Shown: positions 1 through 7,476 of the stretch, piece by piece
Layout of the letters: each line of letters begins with the position of its first letter
Numbering within the stretch: position 1 is the first letter of the stretch
DNA from: Planctomycetota bacterium
GTDB taxonomy: Bacteria > Planctomycetota > PLA2 > JAEUHO01
Direction of reading: 5' to 3'
Length of the DNA: 38,400 nucleotides
Assembly (NCBI GenBank): GCA_965222115.1
Contig: CBDCTJ010000002.1
Location: forward strand, 1-38,400
Translations under genes and position numbers: made by a program
Notes under the pieces: model-generated
What the model was told of the DNA's origin: nothing
Seen by the model: only the letters and a program-made list of their open reading frames with translations
Databases searched by the model: none

Positions 1-374
1 GCGACGATTTAGGTACTCAATGATCTTGTTCGCCTGCTCTCCCTTTTCACGAAGTGTTTCTACTTCTTTGTGCAAACGTTCTTCACGCGCCCGATCTTCG
101 TCCCGATAACGCTTCGCCAACACTAAAGGCGCTTCAACTAAGGCCCTGATATATATAAATGCCACCAAGCAGCAGCGCCAACAACAGCCGCGACGAGATA
201 AATAAAGTCCGGGGTCGCGTCCGATTTCGACGCCCAACAAATGAAAACCATCACCGCTGATCCAAAAATAGGTGCCAACCACGCCTTTCGAACTCGCTTC
301 GCAGCATGGGCACGAGCCCACCTCCAACATTCCTTTCGCTCACCAGAAGTGAGGGCATACTTGTCCTGCGGCAT
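1..374 (-). CDS. Two-TM membrane protein, probably continuing past a frameshift into a coiled-coil that runs off the window
   Basis: ORF 138..374 has two hydrophobic segments; removing 2 nt from the TATATATA tract near 150 gives WWHLYIRALVEAPLVLAKRYRDEDRAREERLHKEVETL..., open to base 1. Confidence 0.45.
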
Positions 375-499
375 CCCATTAGACTACCACCCTTGAGACT
401 GGTATACAATCCCCGACTGAACGCATGAACGCGCTTGGTCTTTTGTCGGTCGTAGTCCTTAGCGTATGACCAGTGGTATCCCTCCGCTTTAGGTTTCAT
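251..499 (-). CDS. Small hypothetical protein (3' end uncertain)
   Basis: ATG 6 nt after the recT stop; overlaps the next gene substantially, so the end is doubtful. Confidence 0.3.
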   Translation of the reverse strand: MKPKAEGYHWSYAKDYDRQKTKRVHAFSRGLYTSLKGGSLMGCRRTSMPSLLVSERNVGGGLVPMLRSEFERRGWHLFLDQR

Positions 500-505
500 G
501 ACCGC

Positions 506-1390
506 CTACCACTCATCGTCGCGCATCGGTTCGCCGCTGAACAACTCGCCGTCCGGTGTGACACCGGTTTCTTGTATGGCGCGCGTCGCTTCGTCGGCTT
601 GCTTGGAACCCTGCAGGTCCACGTCGTCTGTAAACTCTTTCGGTACTTCTCCGGTAGATACATAGCACTCGTCCTCGGTTAGCGTTGTCTCGAACGGTGT
701 TTCCTCTCCACGCTCGGTCCGCTCGTCTACGTTGATCGCACGCAGGAAAGCAGGGTCAAGCGGTAGTGTCTTGCACAGTCGCCGAATGACCGTCTTTTTC
801 GCCATCTCGCCCCAGTGCTTCTCCCACGCCTTGCTTCTGGAGGACGCGCTGGTCTGGCGCACGTGATCAACTTCATCGCGCGTCATCACGTCAACAGCGG
901 GCGGACCATCGGGCATGTGCGCTATGGCGTAAACCCCGATAGGTGTGCGCTTGCCGGGCGCTAGGCCTGGTTTGTGAGTAACGCGCGGGCGCTCGCCAAG
1001 CTCAATCTCGAACTCATCGCCCTCGTAGACGACGTGAGCTACCACCCGGTCAACCAGCTCACTGCGGTACGCGAGTTTCAAGAACCCGCGATAATCCACC
1101 ATGATCGTCGCGTGCATCCCGCCGTTCATATTGCGCGGGATCAAGTGAACCTGCGGCGGGTACGTCTCAGGTTCCAGCCCCATAGCGGCGCACTGCATCA
1201 ACGCGGACTGAAGCGAAGCAAGTGAACACCGAAGCAGGTCCGGCTTTGACATGATCGCGGTTTGGCACACACGAGCCAGCCGCACCGGGTCCACGCCGTC
1301 AACAACCGCCTTTTGAATCTCAGGTAAAGACCGCTGCACCATCGACGCAACAGACTTGCGCTTTTCGTTTAGCACCATGCTCGTATTCAT
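506..1390 (-). CDS. recT: RecT-family single-strand annealing recombinase
   Basis: Typical RecT motifs: CSLASLQSALMQCAAMGLEP, VDYRGFLKLAYRS, VYEGDEF, WEKHWGEMAKKTVIRRLCKTLP; acidic C-terminal tail. Confidence 0.95.
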   Translation of the reverse strand: MNTSMVLNEKRKSVASMVQRSLPEIQKAVVDGVDPVRLARVCQTAIMSKPDLLRCSLASLQSALMQCAAMGLEPETYPPQVHLIPRNMNGGMHATIMVDYRGFLKLAYRSELVDRVVAHVVYEGDEFEIELGERPRVTHKPGLAPGKRTPIGVYAIAHMPDGPPAVDVMTRDEVDHVRQTSASSRSKAWEKHWGEMAKKTVIRRLCKTLPLDPAFLRAINVDERTERGEETPFETTLTEDECYVSTGEVPKEFTDDVDLQGSKQADEATRAIQETGVTPDGELFSGEPMRDDEW

Positions 1391-2241
1391 ACTCGCTCCA
1401 GTCCGACGCGCTCACGCATCTCATTCAGTCGCCAGCGAGATAAGCCGATTGGCTCTACCTTCTCGCTTGGCGGGGGCCATGTTCCATCCTCGACGCACTT
1501 CGCTACGCTACGCCGTAAGTCGATATTGTTCGCATACGCTGTCTCAAGCGTCAACGGGTCTAGTGTATAAACGCGGGGCAAGTATGGCGCGTCCTGTCCG
1601 ATCACTGCGTACACGTAGTGCTTCTGTTTCTCGCCCGTCGTTATACTAAACACGTCCATGTAGTGCGCGGCAGACATCCACCACCCGTTGTTCCATAGTG
1701 AGTTAGCAAAAGACGATGGGTCCGTTCCCTTCCCAGTCGTCTTTACGTCACCGATGATTCGTTGTTCGGGTACACGCGCGTCACAACGGGCTTTTAGAAG
1801 TAGCCCGGTCTCCGGGCACTCGGCGATTGCAACGACCTCGCGATGCCCCTCGCTGTTGTTCAGAAGGCTACGGAACAACGGGTTTTCATAAGCGCGGGAA
1901 ACGAGCGCGTCAATGCGGTCAAACGTAGACCTGCGCTCAACACGCTTGCCGGCCTTTACAGCGTCGTCCTTCTGTTTCTTCCATGGGTTTCGGTTCATCG
2001 GACCGTCAACCCACACGACATCCTCGGGCGGCCACGACTCAGGCTCAAGCAGCGCCGTGTGTGCGAGCGTGCCGAACGACTTCGCGGGGCTCGGTTTGTC
2101 AAGCGCGGTGCGGTAGTAGTTACACGCCTCGGGAGACTCAAGCATCTTCGACAAGTCGGAACACGACCACGCGGGGTGTGATAGGTAATCGGCCATCGGT
2201 ACGCCGTGGTGGAGGCCTACGCCTAACGGATCGGAAGTCAT
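1387..2241 (-). CDS. PD-(D/E)XK exonuclease, RecE/ExoVIII-like (DUF3799 type)
   Basis: FGTLAHTALLEPE, ETGLLLKARCD, IIGDVKTT and AAHYMD motifs; ATGA-coupled to recT; start taken at MTSDPLG (2241). Confidence 0.9.
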   Translation of the reverse strand: MTSDPLGVGLHHGVPMADYLSHPAWSCSDLSKMLESPEACNYYRTALDKPSPAKSFGTLAHTALLEPESWPPEDVVWVDGPMNRNPWKKQKDDAVKAGKRVERRSTFDRIDALVSRAYENPLFRSLLNNSEGHREVVAIAECPETGLLLKARCDARVPEQRIIGDVKTTGKGTDPSSFANSLWNNGWWMSAAHYMDVFSITTGEKQKHYVYAVIGQDAPYLPRVYTLDPLTLETAYANNIDLRRSVAKCVEDGTWPPPSEKVEPIGLSRWRLNEMRERVGLERV

Positions 2242-2366
2242 ACGCACACCGCCAATCCAACGACAGCCGCCGCGACCATGGCGACAACACACAGAAAAAC
2301 GACCCCGCTTCGGGCCACGTCGTCACCCGTGCGACCTTGGCCGCCCTTGATACCGTCGGGCCTCAT
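2238..2366 (-). CDS. 42-aa single-TM peptide
   Basis: MRPDGIKGG...VVFLCVVAMVAAAVVGLAVCV; ATGA overlaps at both ends; below the ORF-track cutoff. Confidence 0.6.
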   Translation of the reverse strand: MRPDGIKGGQGRTGDDVARSGVVFLCVVAMVAAAVVGLAVCV

Positions 2367-2590
2367 GACGTCACCCCCGCAGCTTCGAGGATTGCATTGC
2401 GAACGGAGTCTGGGTCTGCTAGATCATCCTCGCAAAAGTCCACCCACTCCCCGTGGATAGAAACCTGGATCCACTCAACGCACGACCCCTCGGGCGGCTC
2501 GGCGGGGTTCGAGTCCCAGTGGCCCACCGTGACGCCCGCACGGCACTCAAAGTCAATACCGCAAACATTGATAGTCGTCTCAACGATCAT
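2363..2590 (-). CDS. Small acidic phage hypothetical protein
   Basis: Coupled ORF with an SD-like sequence; GHWDSNPAEPPE resembles a common phage early-protein motif. Confidence 0.65.
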   Translation of the reverse strand: MIVETTINVCGIDFECRAGVTVGHWDSNPAEPPEGSCVEWIQVSIHGEWVDFCEDDLADPDSVRNAILEAAGVTS

Positions 2591-2843
2591 TACTCGCCCC
2601 CTCTGGGAATAAACGTGCGTGGTCCTCTACCGCCAGCTTCGCGGCGGCCTTGATCCGTAGGCGCGCGCCGCACGAAAAATCCTCCGAGTTTGCGTGAGCC
2701 CAGCGACCCATCGAATAGGCGCCGCCGGCACCATCGATACGCACTTCGATGTCCTGAATCTCGCCTCGACGCACATAGACCGTTCCAAGGCACCGTCGCC
2801 CGAACAGCTCCACGAAAAAGAATCGTTCCTCAGTCTTTGCCAT
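2580..2843 (-). CDS. Hypothetical protein
   Basis: 87 aa ORF overlapping both neighbours; GCAGGA before ATG. Confidence 0.6.
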   Translation of the reverse strand: MAKTEERFFFVELFGRRCLGTVYVRRGEIQDIEVRIDGAGGAYSMGRWAHANSEDFSCGARLRIKAAAKLAVEDHARLFPEGASNDR

Positions 2844-3051
2844 TTTCCTGCCTTTCCGCCGCGACGGTCATCGCCGCGAGCATTTCCGATGGTTTCCATT
2901 TCAGGGCGGCCCCAATCGCCTTGACCGTGGCTAGGCGCACGAAATCGCCCCCTGCCTCGACCTTCGCGACCGTGGGCACGCTCACGCCGGCCGACTCGGC
3001 AAGCGCCTCCTGGGTCATCCTGAGCGATTCTCGGCGCTCTTTTGGTGTCAC
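2830..3051 (-). CDS. Cro/XRE-family helix-turn-helix regulator
   Basis: RRESLRMTQEALAESAGVSVPTVAKVEAG...LATVKAIGAAL is a classic XRE HTH; GAGGGAG SD before GTG. Confidence 0.9.
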   Translation of the reverse strand: MTPKERRESLRMTQEALAESAGVSVPTVAKVEAGGDFVRLATVKAIGAALKWKPSEMLAAMTVAAERQENGKD

Positions 3052-3091
3052 GGTATAATCTCCCTCGCGCCAACTAAGCAGAGCGGCCCGC

Positions 3092-3628
3092 CTACCATTC
3101 GGCGCGCACCAAGCGACGGCGGCCGCTGGGGTAGACGATTAGGACACCGTGCCCCGGCATCGCGCGGCGGTCACTCACCTGGAGGCGCTCATCGCCCTCC
3201 TCGACGGCGCGTGCGTACGCCAGGGCGCCTTTTTGGGGCCGCTCCACGGACACGGTTGAGCAGGCTTCGCCGCGGCGGCAGTCACACGTACGGCGTCCAC
3301 GCTCGTCCACCGGGCACGCGTGGGCTATGATCTCTACGCTCGCCGAGTGTGGCGAGCGGAACGCCGCCATTGCCGCCAGCAATTTGGCGGACGGCTCCCA
3401 ATAGTGGTAGCTGTACGTCGACTGGCTTGTTTCCTCCATCGCAAAACAAAAAACGTCGGGTTTTTCGCCTTTGCGGTGCGCGTGCCCGCGCACCTCGGCG
3501 TATGGATGGTGATACACCGTGGTTCGCTGCGGACGCCAGTTCGTGGGGTCCGCGCAATATTCGCACTGGTGTGCGCCGAGCGTCGCCAGTTCTTTCATTG
3601 TGGGCTTCTTCGTCGATTTCGTTCTCAT
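3092..3628 (-). CDS. Cys/His-rich early hypothetical protein (possible metal binding)
   Basis: 178 aa with HQCEYC and HAC...CDC...C motifs; own SD (GAGGG) and leader hairpin. Confidence 0.6.
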   Translation of the reverse strand: MRTKSTKKPTMKELATLGAHQCEYCADPTNWRPQRTTVYHHPYAEVRGHAHRKGEKPDVFCFAMEETSQSTYSYHYWEPSAKLLAAMAAFRSPHSASVEIIAHACPVDERGRRTCDCRRGEACSTVSVERPQKGALAYARAVEEGDERLQVSDRRAMPGHGVLIVYPSGRRRLVRAEW

Positions 3629-3667
3629 TTTGCTTCCCTCTGCCCTTGCCCAGGGTGTTTCGGCGCG

Positions 3668-3910
3668 TTACGCGTTCCGCGCACCATCGACACTAACGAG
3701 CTCGTCGGTATCGCGGTGGCGCATGACGACTCCCCAACCTTTGTATCCCTCTACCTCGGTGACATCTTCGTAGCCCTGGTCTTGCAGCCAGTAGGTTACG
3801 TCGGCTACGCTCGTCGCTACCTCGCCATCCCACATGTCGGGGAGCATGTCTTCGCCCAGGTTGTAGGCGCCTGCGTCGGTTTTGGTCATTTGCTTGATTG
3901 TGATGGCCAT
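3668..3910 (-). CDS. Small acidic early protein directly downstream of the hammerhead
   Basis: 80 aa; AGGA SD 6 nt before ATG; leader hairpin. Confidence 0.75.
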   Translation of the reverse strand: MAITIKQMTKTDAGAYNLGEDMLPDMWDGEVATSVADVTYWLQDQGYEDVTEVEGYKGWGVVMRHRDTDELVSVDGARNA

Positions 3911-3952
3911 GATGTGTCCTTTTGCTCTTGCTAGGGCGTTTGCGTGGGGGCG

Positions 3953-4014
3953 ACCCGCGGTGCCTCATCAGAGTGGGCGCTACCCACTGACGCCCGAGGG
4001 CGTTTCGGCGGGGC
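3953..4014 (-). ncRNA. Type II hammerhead self-cleaving ribozyme
   Basis: Minus strand GCCC-C-GCC-GAA-ACGCC(CUCG)GGCGU-C/AGUGGG(UAGCG)CCCACU-CUGAUGA-GGC-ACCGC-GGGU: intact CUGAUGA and GAAA core, G-C pair closing stem II, perfect stems I and III, GUC triplet with cleavage predicted between 3989 and 3988; intergenic and sense to the operon. Confidence 0.93.
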
Positions 4015-4214
4015 TACGAGCGCCACTCACCGCGCTCTGGTGTCTCATGGCAGATTTTGATCGCGGTGGCTGCGCGATCGCTGCCAGCGTCGATCTCCTC
4101 GATAGCCTCGGCGCTAGGCCACCACACGCCACCGCCGATGTCGTCGCTCACCGTCATGATTCCGCCGTATTCGTTGGCGGTGTAGTTTTCGATTTTCGTT
4201 GCGTGGTCAGTCAT
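4014..4214 (-). CDS. Small acidic early protein, first gene of the leftward operon
   Basis: MTDHATKIENY...GEWRS (66 aa) with AGGAG SD 7 nt upstream; the stop codon abuts the ribozyme. Confidence 0.75.
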   Translation of the reverse strand: MTDHATKIENYTANEYGGIMTVSDDIGGGVWWPSAEAIEEIDAGSDRAATAIKICHETPERGEWRS

Positions 4215-4263
4215 TGTGGATCTCCTGGGCTTGCCGGCCCCGCGAGGCCCCATCGCCTCGACT

Positions 4264-4313
4264 GACCCAAAGAATAGTTTGGATTGCGAGAAACACAAAG
4301 AAAAGTTTGGGTC
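4264..4313 (-). promoter_or_regulatory. Leftward sigma70-like promoter overlapped by two operator-like repeats
   Basis: Minus TTGTGT-N16-TATTCT; plus-strand 15-mers CAAAGAATAGTTTGG (4268-4282) and CAAAGAAAAGTTTGG (4296-4310), 14/15 identical and dyad-like (CAAA-N6-TTTG). Confidence 0.7.
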
Positions 4314-4335
4314 GCGTGGGCGTCTTGGGCGTATT

Positions 4336-4355
4336 TGGTGGGCAATTGTCCACCA
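4336..4355. promoter_or_regulatory. 20-bp near-perfect palindrome in the divergent intergenic region
   Basis: TGGTGGGCAATTGTCCACCA, one G/T mismatch pair. Confidence 0.45.
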
Positions 4356-4400
4356 GAATTGTCGGCCGACGTGTATACGATCGCGCGAAAGGCAGGACAA

Positions 4401-5006
4401 ATGACCAAAAAGACGAAGAAAAAGAGTCGTAAGGCGCGGGCTCGACGTGAACGACCCGTCAGGTACCAAGAATCCCTGGCCGTCGTCGCCCCCGAATTCA
4501 TCTCGATCGAGGAAGAAATGGGATGCCTCGATTGGGTGGCGAGGAACGTCAAGGGGTACGGCCCGGCCATGACGCCGGGTGGAGATTTAGACCCCAATAA
4601 TGTTGTGTGGGTGCAATACAAGATAGATACCGATTGGTCAGGTGCATCAGAACTTCGCCGGCGCGTCTTCAAGTACGCCGCCGAGTGGTTCGAACCTCTC
4701 GACGTGGACCCGTTCGAAGTCGAGCATTTTGAAATGCACTCTTCCATCTACCACCACGGCGGCCAGCGTGATTGGTACTCATGGCGCGATGGTTGGCGGA
4801 AAATCGCGTGGGAACTACACCTAAGCACCCCGCACCAGATGTTCACGGGCGGCGCTCTTGAGTTTTACGATGGCAAGCTGTTCGAACCCGAGTCGCGCAA
4901 ACTCATCGCATACGACTGCAAGCAACGTGTCCGCGTCAAGCCGGTGGCATGTTACAGCTCCGAACTAGCTCACGGAAGGGTGTCGATTCATGGCTGGATC
5001 GGATAG
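4401..5006 (+). CDS. 2OG-Fe(II) oxygenase-fold protein (prolyl-hydroxylase-like), apparently lacking Fe ligands, with basic N-terminus
   Basis: RKIAWELHL...FTGGALEFYD...FEPESRKLIAY...VKPV...GRVSIHGWI follows the double-stranded beta-helix pattern of this family; ATG at 4401 with GGCAGGA SD. Confidence 0.7.
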   Translation: MTKKTKKKSRKARARRERPVRYQESLAVVAPEFISIEEEMGCLDWVARNVKGYGPAMTPGGDLDPNNVVWVQYKIDTDWSGASELRRRVFKYAAEWFEPLDVDPFEVEHFEMHSSIYHHGGQRDWYSWRDGWRKIAWELHLSTPHQMFTGGALEFYDGKLFEPESRKLIAYDCKQRVRVKPVACYSSELAHGRVSIHGWIG

Positions 5007-5370
5007 GCCCTATTCGGAACGCTTCGACGTTGAATCTCTGGCGTACATGACGGACTTCAAAAACGTGCCACCGCATGATGCGATGCTGCGAGGCATTGAG
5101 CTTGGCCGTGTATACCAACGCCTGCTTGAACCCGACGCGTTCTCAATGCCGATAAGCCCGAAGAACGGTAAGCAAGTCGCCCGCATGGTCGATGCGATGG
5201 GTAGAAATGGTCGCGTTCGTTTAGGCGTTGGTGTGGGTGTATGCGATTGCATTGTGATAGTGCAGGAGGCACCAGGCTATGGGCAGAGAGACGACAGCGA
5301 CAACCTAGCAGTGAAAAAAATACTACTTGCGCATGGCGCACATTGTGATACCGACGCCGATGCCCCATAG
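4990..5370 (+). CDS. Hypothetical protein
   Basis: 126 aa ORF overlapping the upstream plus-strand gene and converging on the late operon. Confidence 0.6.
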   Translation: MAGSDRPYSERFDVESLAYMTDFKNVPPHDAMLRGIELGRVYQRLLEPDAFSMPISPKNGKQVARMVDAMGRNGRVRLGVGVGVCDCIVIVQEAPGYGQRDDSDNLAVKKILLAHGAHCDTDADAP

Positions 5371-5387
5371 GAAGCAAAGAAACTCGA

Positions 5388-6179
5388 TCATGCGTACGCC
5401 GCCAATGCTGCGGTTACGTACGCATCAACCGCCGTGTCCTGGTTTGCGTGTACGTCGGGGTCATCGAGCAGCACCATCTGCCCGATAGACGCGTAAAAAT
5501 TCGTTGCTATCGAGTCAGGGGCGTAAGCTGCCCGCATCCAGCGCTCTTGGTATGCAACCAGACGATTATTGGCGTCGGTGTCGGTCATGACGCTGCTCGC
5601 AGTCAATACGGTTTCGGTCGGCGACCCGTGAACCGTTCGGTTCTTCATGGTTCGGTTTTCTAGATCCCATGACGCGATGCAAACCATCCACGTGTTTGTC
5701 GGTGCCGTCACGTTTGCAGACCCAACGCCTTTGGCTCCCGTACGGAAGGACGACGAAAACGCACATTGATACCTAGAATCACCATCTGTCCATAGACCTG
5801 TAGGGGCCAGCGCAGAGTGGTCATCATTGGCGTAACCGATGGGTGTTCCGTCATCACTAAAGTCCGCCATGTACGCAAACTTGGAGTTCATCCTCACGTT
5901 GCAAATAGTGATGATAGACCCGCGTGGGAGAAACGGATTACGACGTTCAAAATATTGGCCCTCTAAGTCCTGGAAATCCAAGCACTCGTGTCCCGGCTCT
6001 GACCCAACGTGTCCGTTTCGAATCGTACTTCCGTCGTTGAATGTTGGCGCTGCACCAACATTGAGCAACGGAACATTCGACGGCCCTTGGTCTGCAAGCT
6101 CGCCGCTTGCGTACTGCCCGCTCACGAACTCGTATGCACTGATAACGCGATCAAGGTTTGCGATGCTGATAAGCGCCAT
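5388..6179 (-). CDS. Beta-rich virion accessory protein, possibly LamG/ConA-like lectin fold
   Basis: 263 aa; TNTWMVCIASWD and FYASIGQMVLLD resemble LamG strands; TAATG-coupled to the esterase. Confidence 0.5.
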   Translation of the reverse strand: MALISIANLDRVISAYEFVSGQYASGELADQGPSNVPLLNVGAAPTFNDGSTIRNGHVGSEPGHECLDFQDLEGQYFERRNPFLPRGSIITICNVRMNSKFAYMADFSDDGTPIGYANDDHSALAPTGLWTDGDSRYQCAFSSSFRTGAKGVGSANVTAPTNTWMVCIASWDLENRTMKNRTVHGSPTETVLTASSVMTDTDANNRLVAYQERWMRAAYAPDSIATNFYASIGQMVLLDDPDVHANQDTAVDAYVTAALAAYA

Positions 6180-7474
6180 TACGTGCCCTTCGCCAGTGAC
6201 TGCGGAATCGCGTAGTCGTAGAGCGTGTCGGATTCAGGCCCGACGCCGAGCGTCTCAACTGCCCGAACATTCACTCGAGGCCAGAATGTAGTTGGTTTAG
6301 TGGCTCCGTAGTCTGTCTCATGCTGCCCGATTCGCATGGTTTCCGTGCCCGTCGGGGCGCTCGCAAGAGTGATAGTCGCGGTGTCATCTGCATACGCGAC
6401 GTTGGTAATTTCTATGTGGGTGCCGTCGTCAAAGAACTCAAATCCATCGTGCTGGTCTGGAAAGTCTGTCGCATCTATTTGAGCCAAGTCGCCCTCTTCG
6501 ACGTCTCGATTGAAGACAACGGTGACAGTTGTTCCGCTCCGCGTAAACTCGCCGGATGGCACATGGAGCGGTTTCCACGGCGTTCCGCTACTCACACGGT
6601 CAATGATCACTGCAGACGCCTCTGCAATCCTCCGCTTGCCCTCGCCGTCGTAGTGGACCAGCAGGGCGTCGCCATCCGCGTAGTATGGTTGCGGAGACGG
6701 GAGAAGGTTGAACCCCGCGACGTTGTTCATCGCGTAGATAGTTGCGGATTGAACCGCGCGTCCGCCCGACAAGTAGTTACCAGAACCCAAAGGCATGAAG
6801 AACACAGGATCGGTGCGCGTCCAATCATCAAAGACCAGGCGACACAGATGTCGCCAACCATCTACCATTTGCTGGCATATGCTGCGGTACTGCGTTTCGT
6901 CCACCCGCGCTTCGCTTGTACCGCCGCCCGGAGCAGTCGTGTCGGCATCCGCCTCGCCATGTGCGATGAGACAGTGGACTTTGATTTGCGAATCGGCGTA
7001 ACCTAGCGAACTTGCCCAAAGAACAAACGCTCTGAGCGCTATACCGAGCGTTCCGTAGATGCCGGTGCCTGGCATGATTTCCCGCCAATGCTTCGAACCT
7101 ACTGCCGCCGAGTAATGCCCAACCTTCTCAACCTGTGTGCGTACTTGTTGGATCGTCGCCGCAAGTCCGTGTGCCCATCCCTCGCCAATTGGATGAGCAG
7201 CGCCACGAGAGACCCATGCGCCTGAAAAGTTGTCCCACGTTTGGACCTGAGCATCACTGACGTGGTTAGATTGCCCGCCCTCGCTAGTTGGCCCTGTTTG
7301 AAACCCGCCGTTTGGTCGATACAGGTTGTCAACGGAAGAGGAGTACGGGGTGTTGCCACGCGCGCGTGCGTTTGATTGTCCCCAACCGAAGAACCCGTGA
7401 ATCTCCGCTTCTTGCACACCGTCAGAATCTGTGGGGTAATATCCCCGTAGTGTGAATAGTCGATTTCGGGGCAT
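6179..7474 (-). CDS. SGNH hydrolase, sialate O-acetylesterase (SASA)-like, probably virion-associated
   Basis: GWGQSNA (nucleophile block), AHGEAD and DALLVHY motifs, plus a beta-rich C-terminal domain (TRSGTTVTVVF); start at MPRNRLF. Confidence 0.75.
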   Translation of the reverse strand: MPRNRLFTLRGYYPTDSDGVQEAEIHGFFGWGQSNARARGNTPYSSSVDNLYRPNGGFQTGPTSEGGQSNHVSDAQVQTWDNFSGAWVSRGAAHPIGEGWAHGLAATIQQVRTQVEKVGHYSAAVGSKHWREIMPGTGIYGTLGIALRAFVLWASSLGYADSQIKVHCLIAHGEADADTTAPGGGTSEARVDETQYRSICQQMVDGWRHLCRLVFDDWTRTDPVFFMPLGSGNYLSGGRAVQSATIYAMNNVAGFNLLPSPQPYYADGDALLVHYDGEGKRRIAEASAVIIDRVSSGTPWKPLHVPSGEFTRSGTTVTVVFNRDVEEGDLAQIDATDFPDQHDGFEFFDDGTHIEITNVAYADDTATITLASAPTGTETMRIGQHETDYGATKPTTFWPRVNVRAVETLGVGPESDTLYDYAIPQSLAKGT

Positions 7475-7476
7475 GG

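Noticed and set aside
2502-2528. GGGGTTCGAGTCCCAGTGGCCCACC resembles a tRNA T-arm and 3' end (possible attP)
   Set aside because: T-stem has a mismatch, there is no CCA at the right spacing and no upstream cloverleaf; it lies inside a coupled ORF and no integrase is nearby.
4215-4260. Twister-like ribozyme suggested by CAAGCCC
   Set aside because: Lacks the conserved UAA cleavage-site segment and pseudoknot pairings; two simple hairpins explain it.
4014-4469. 151-aa version of the first early gene (and the 4284 start for the plus-strand gene)
   Set aside because: The extensions run through the promoter/operator region; good SD sites support starts at 4214 and 4401.
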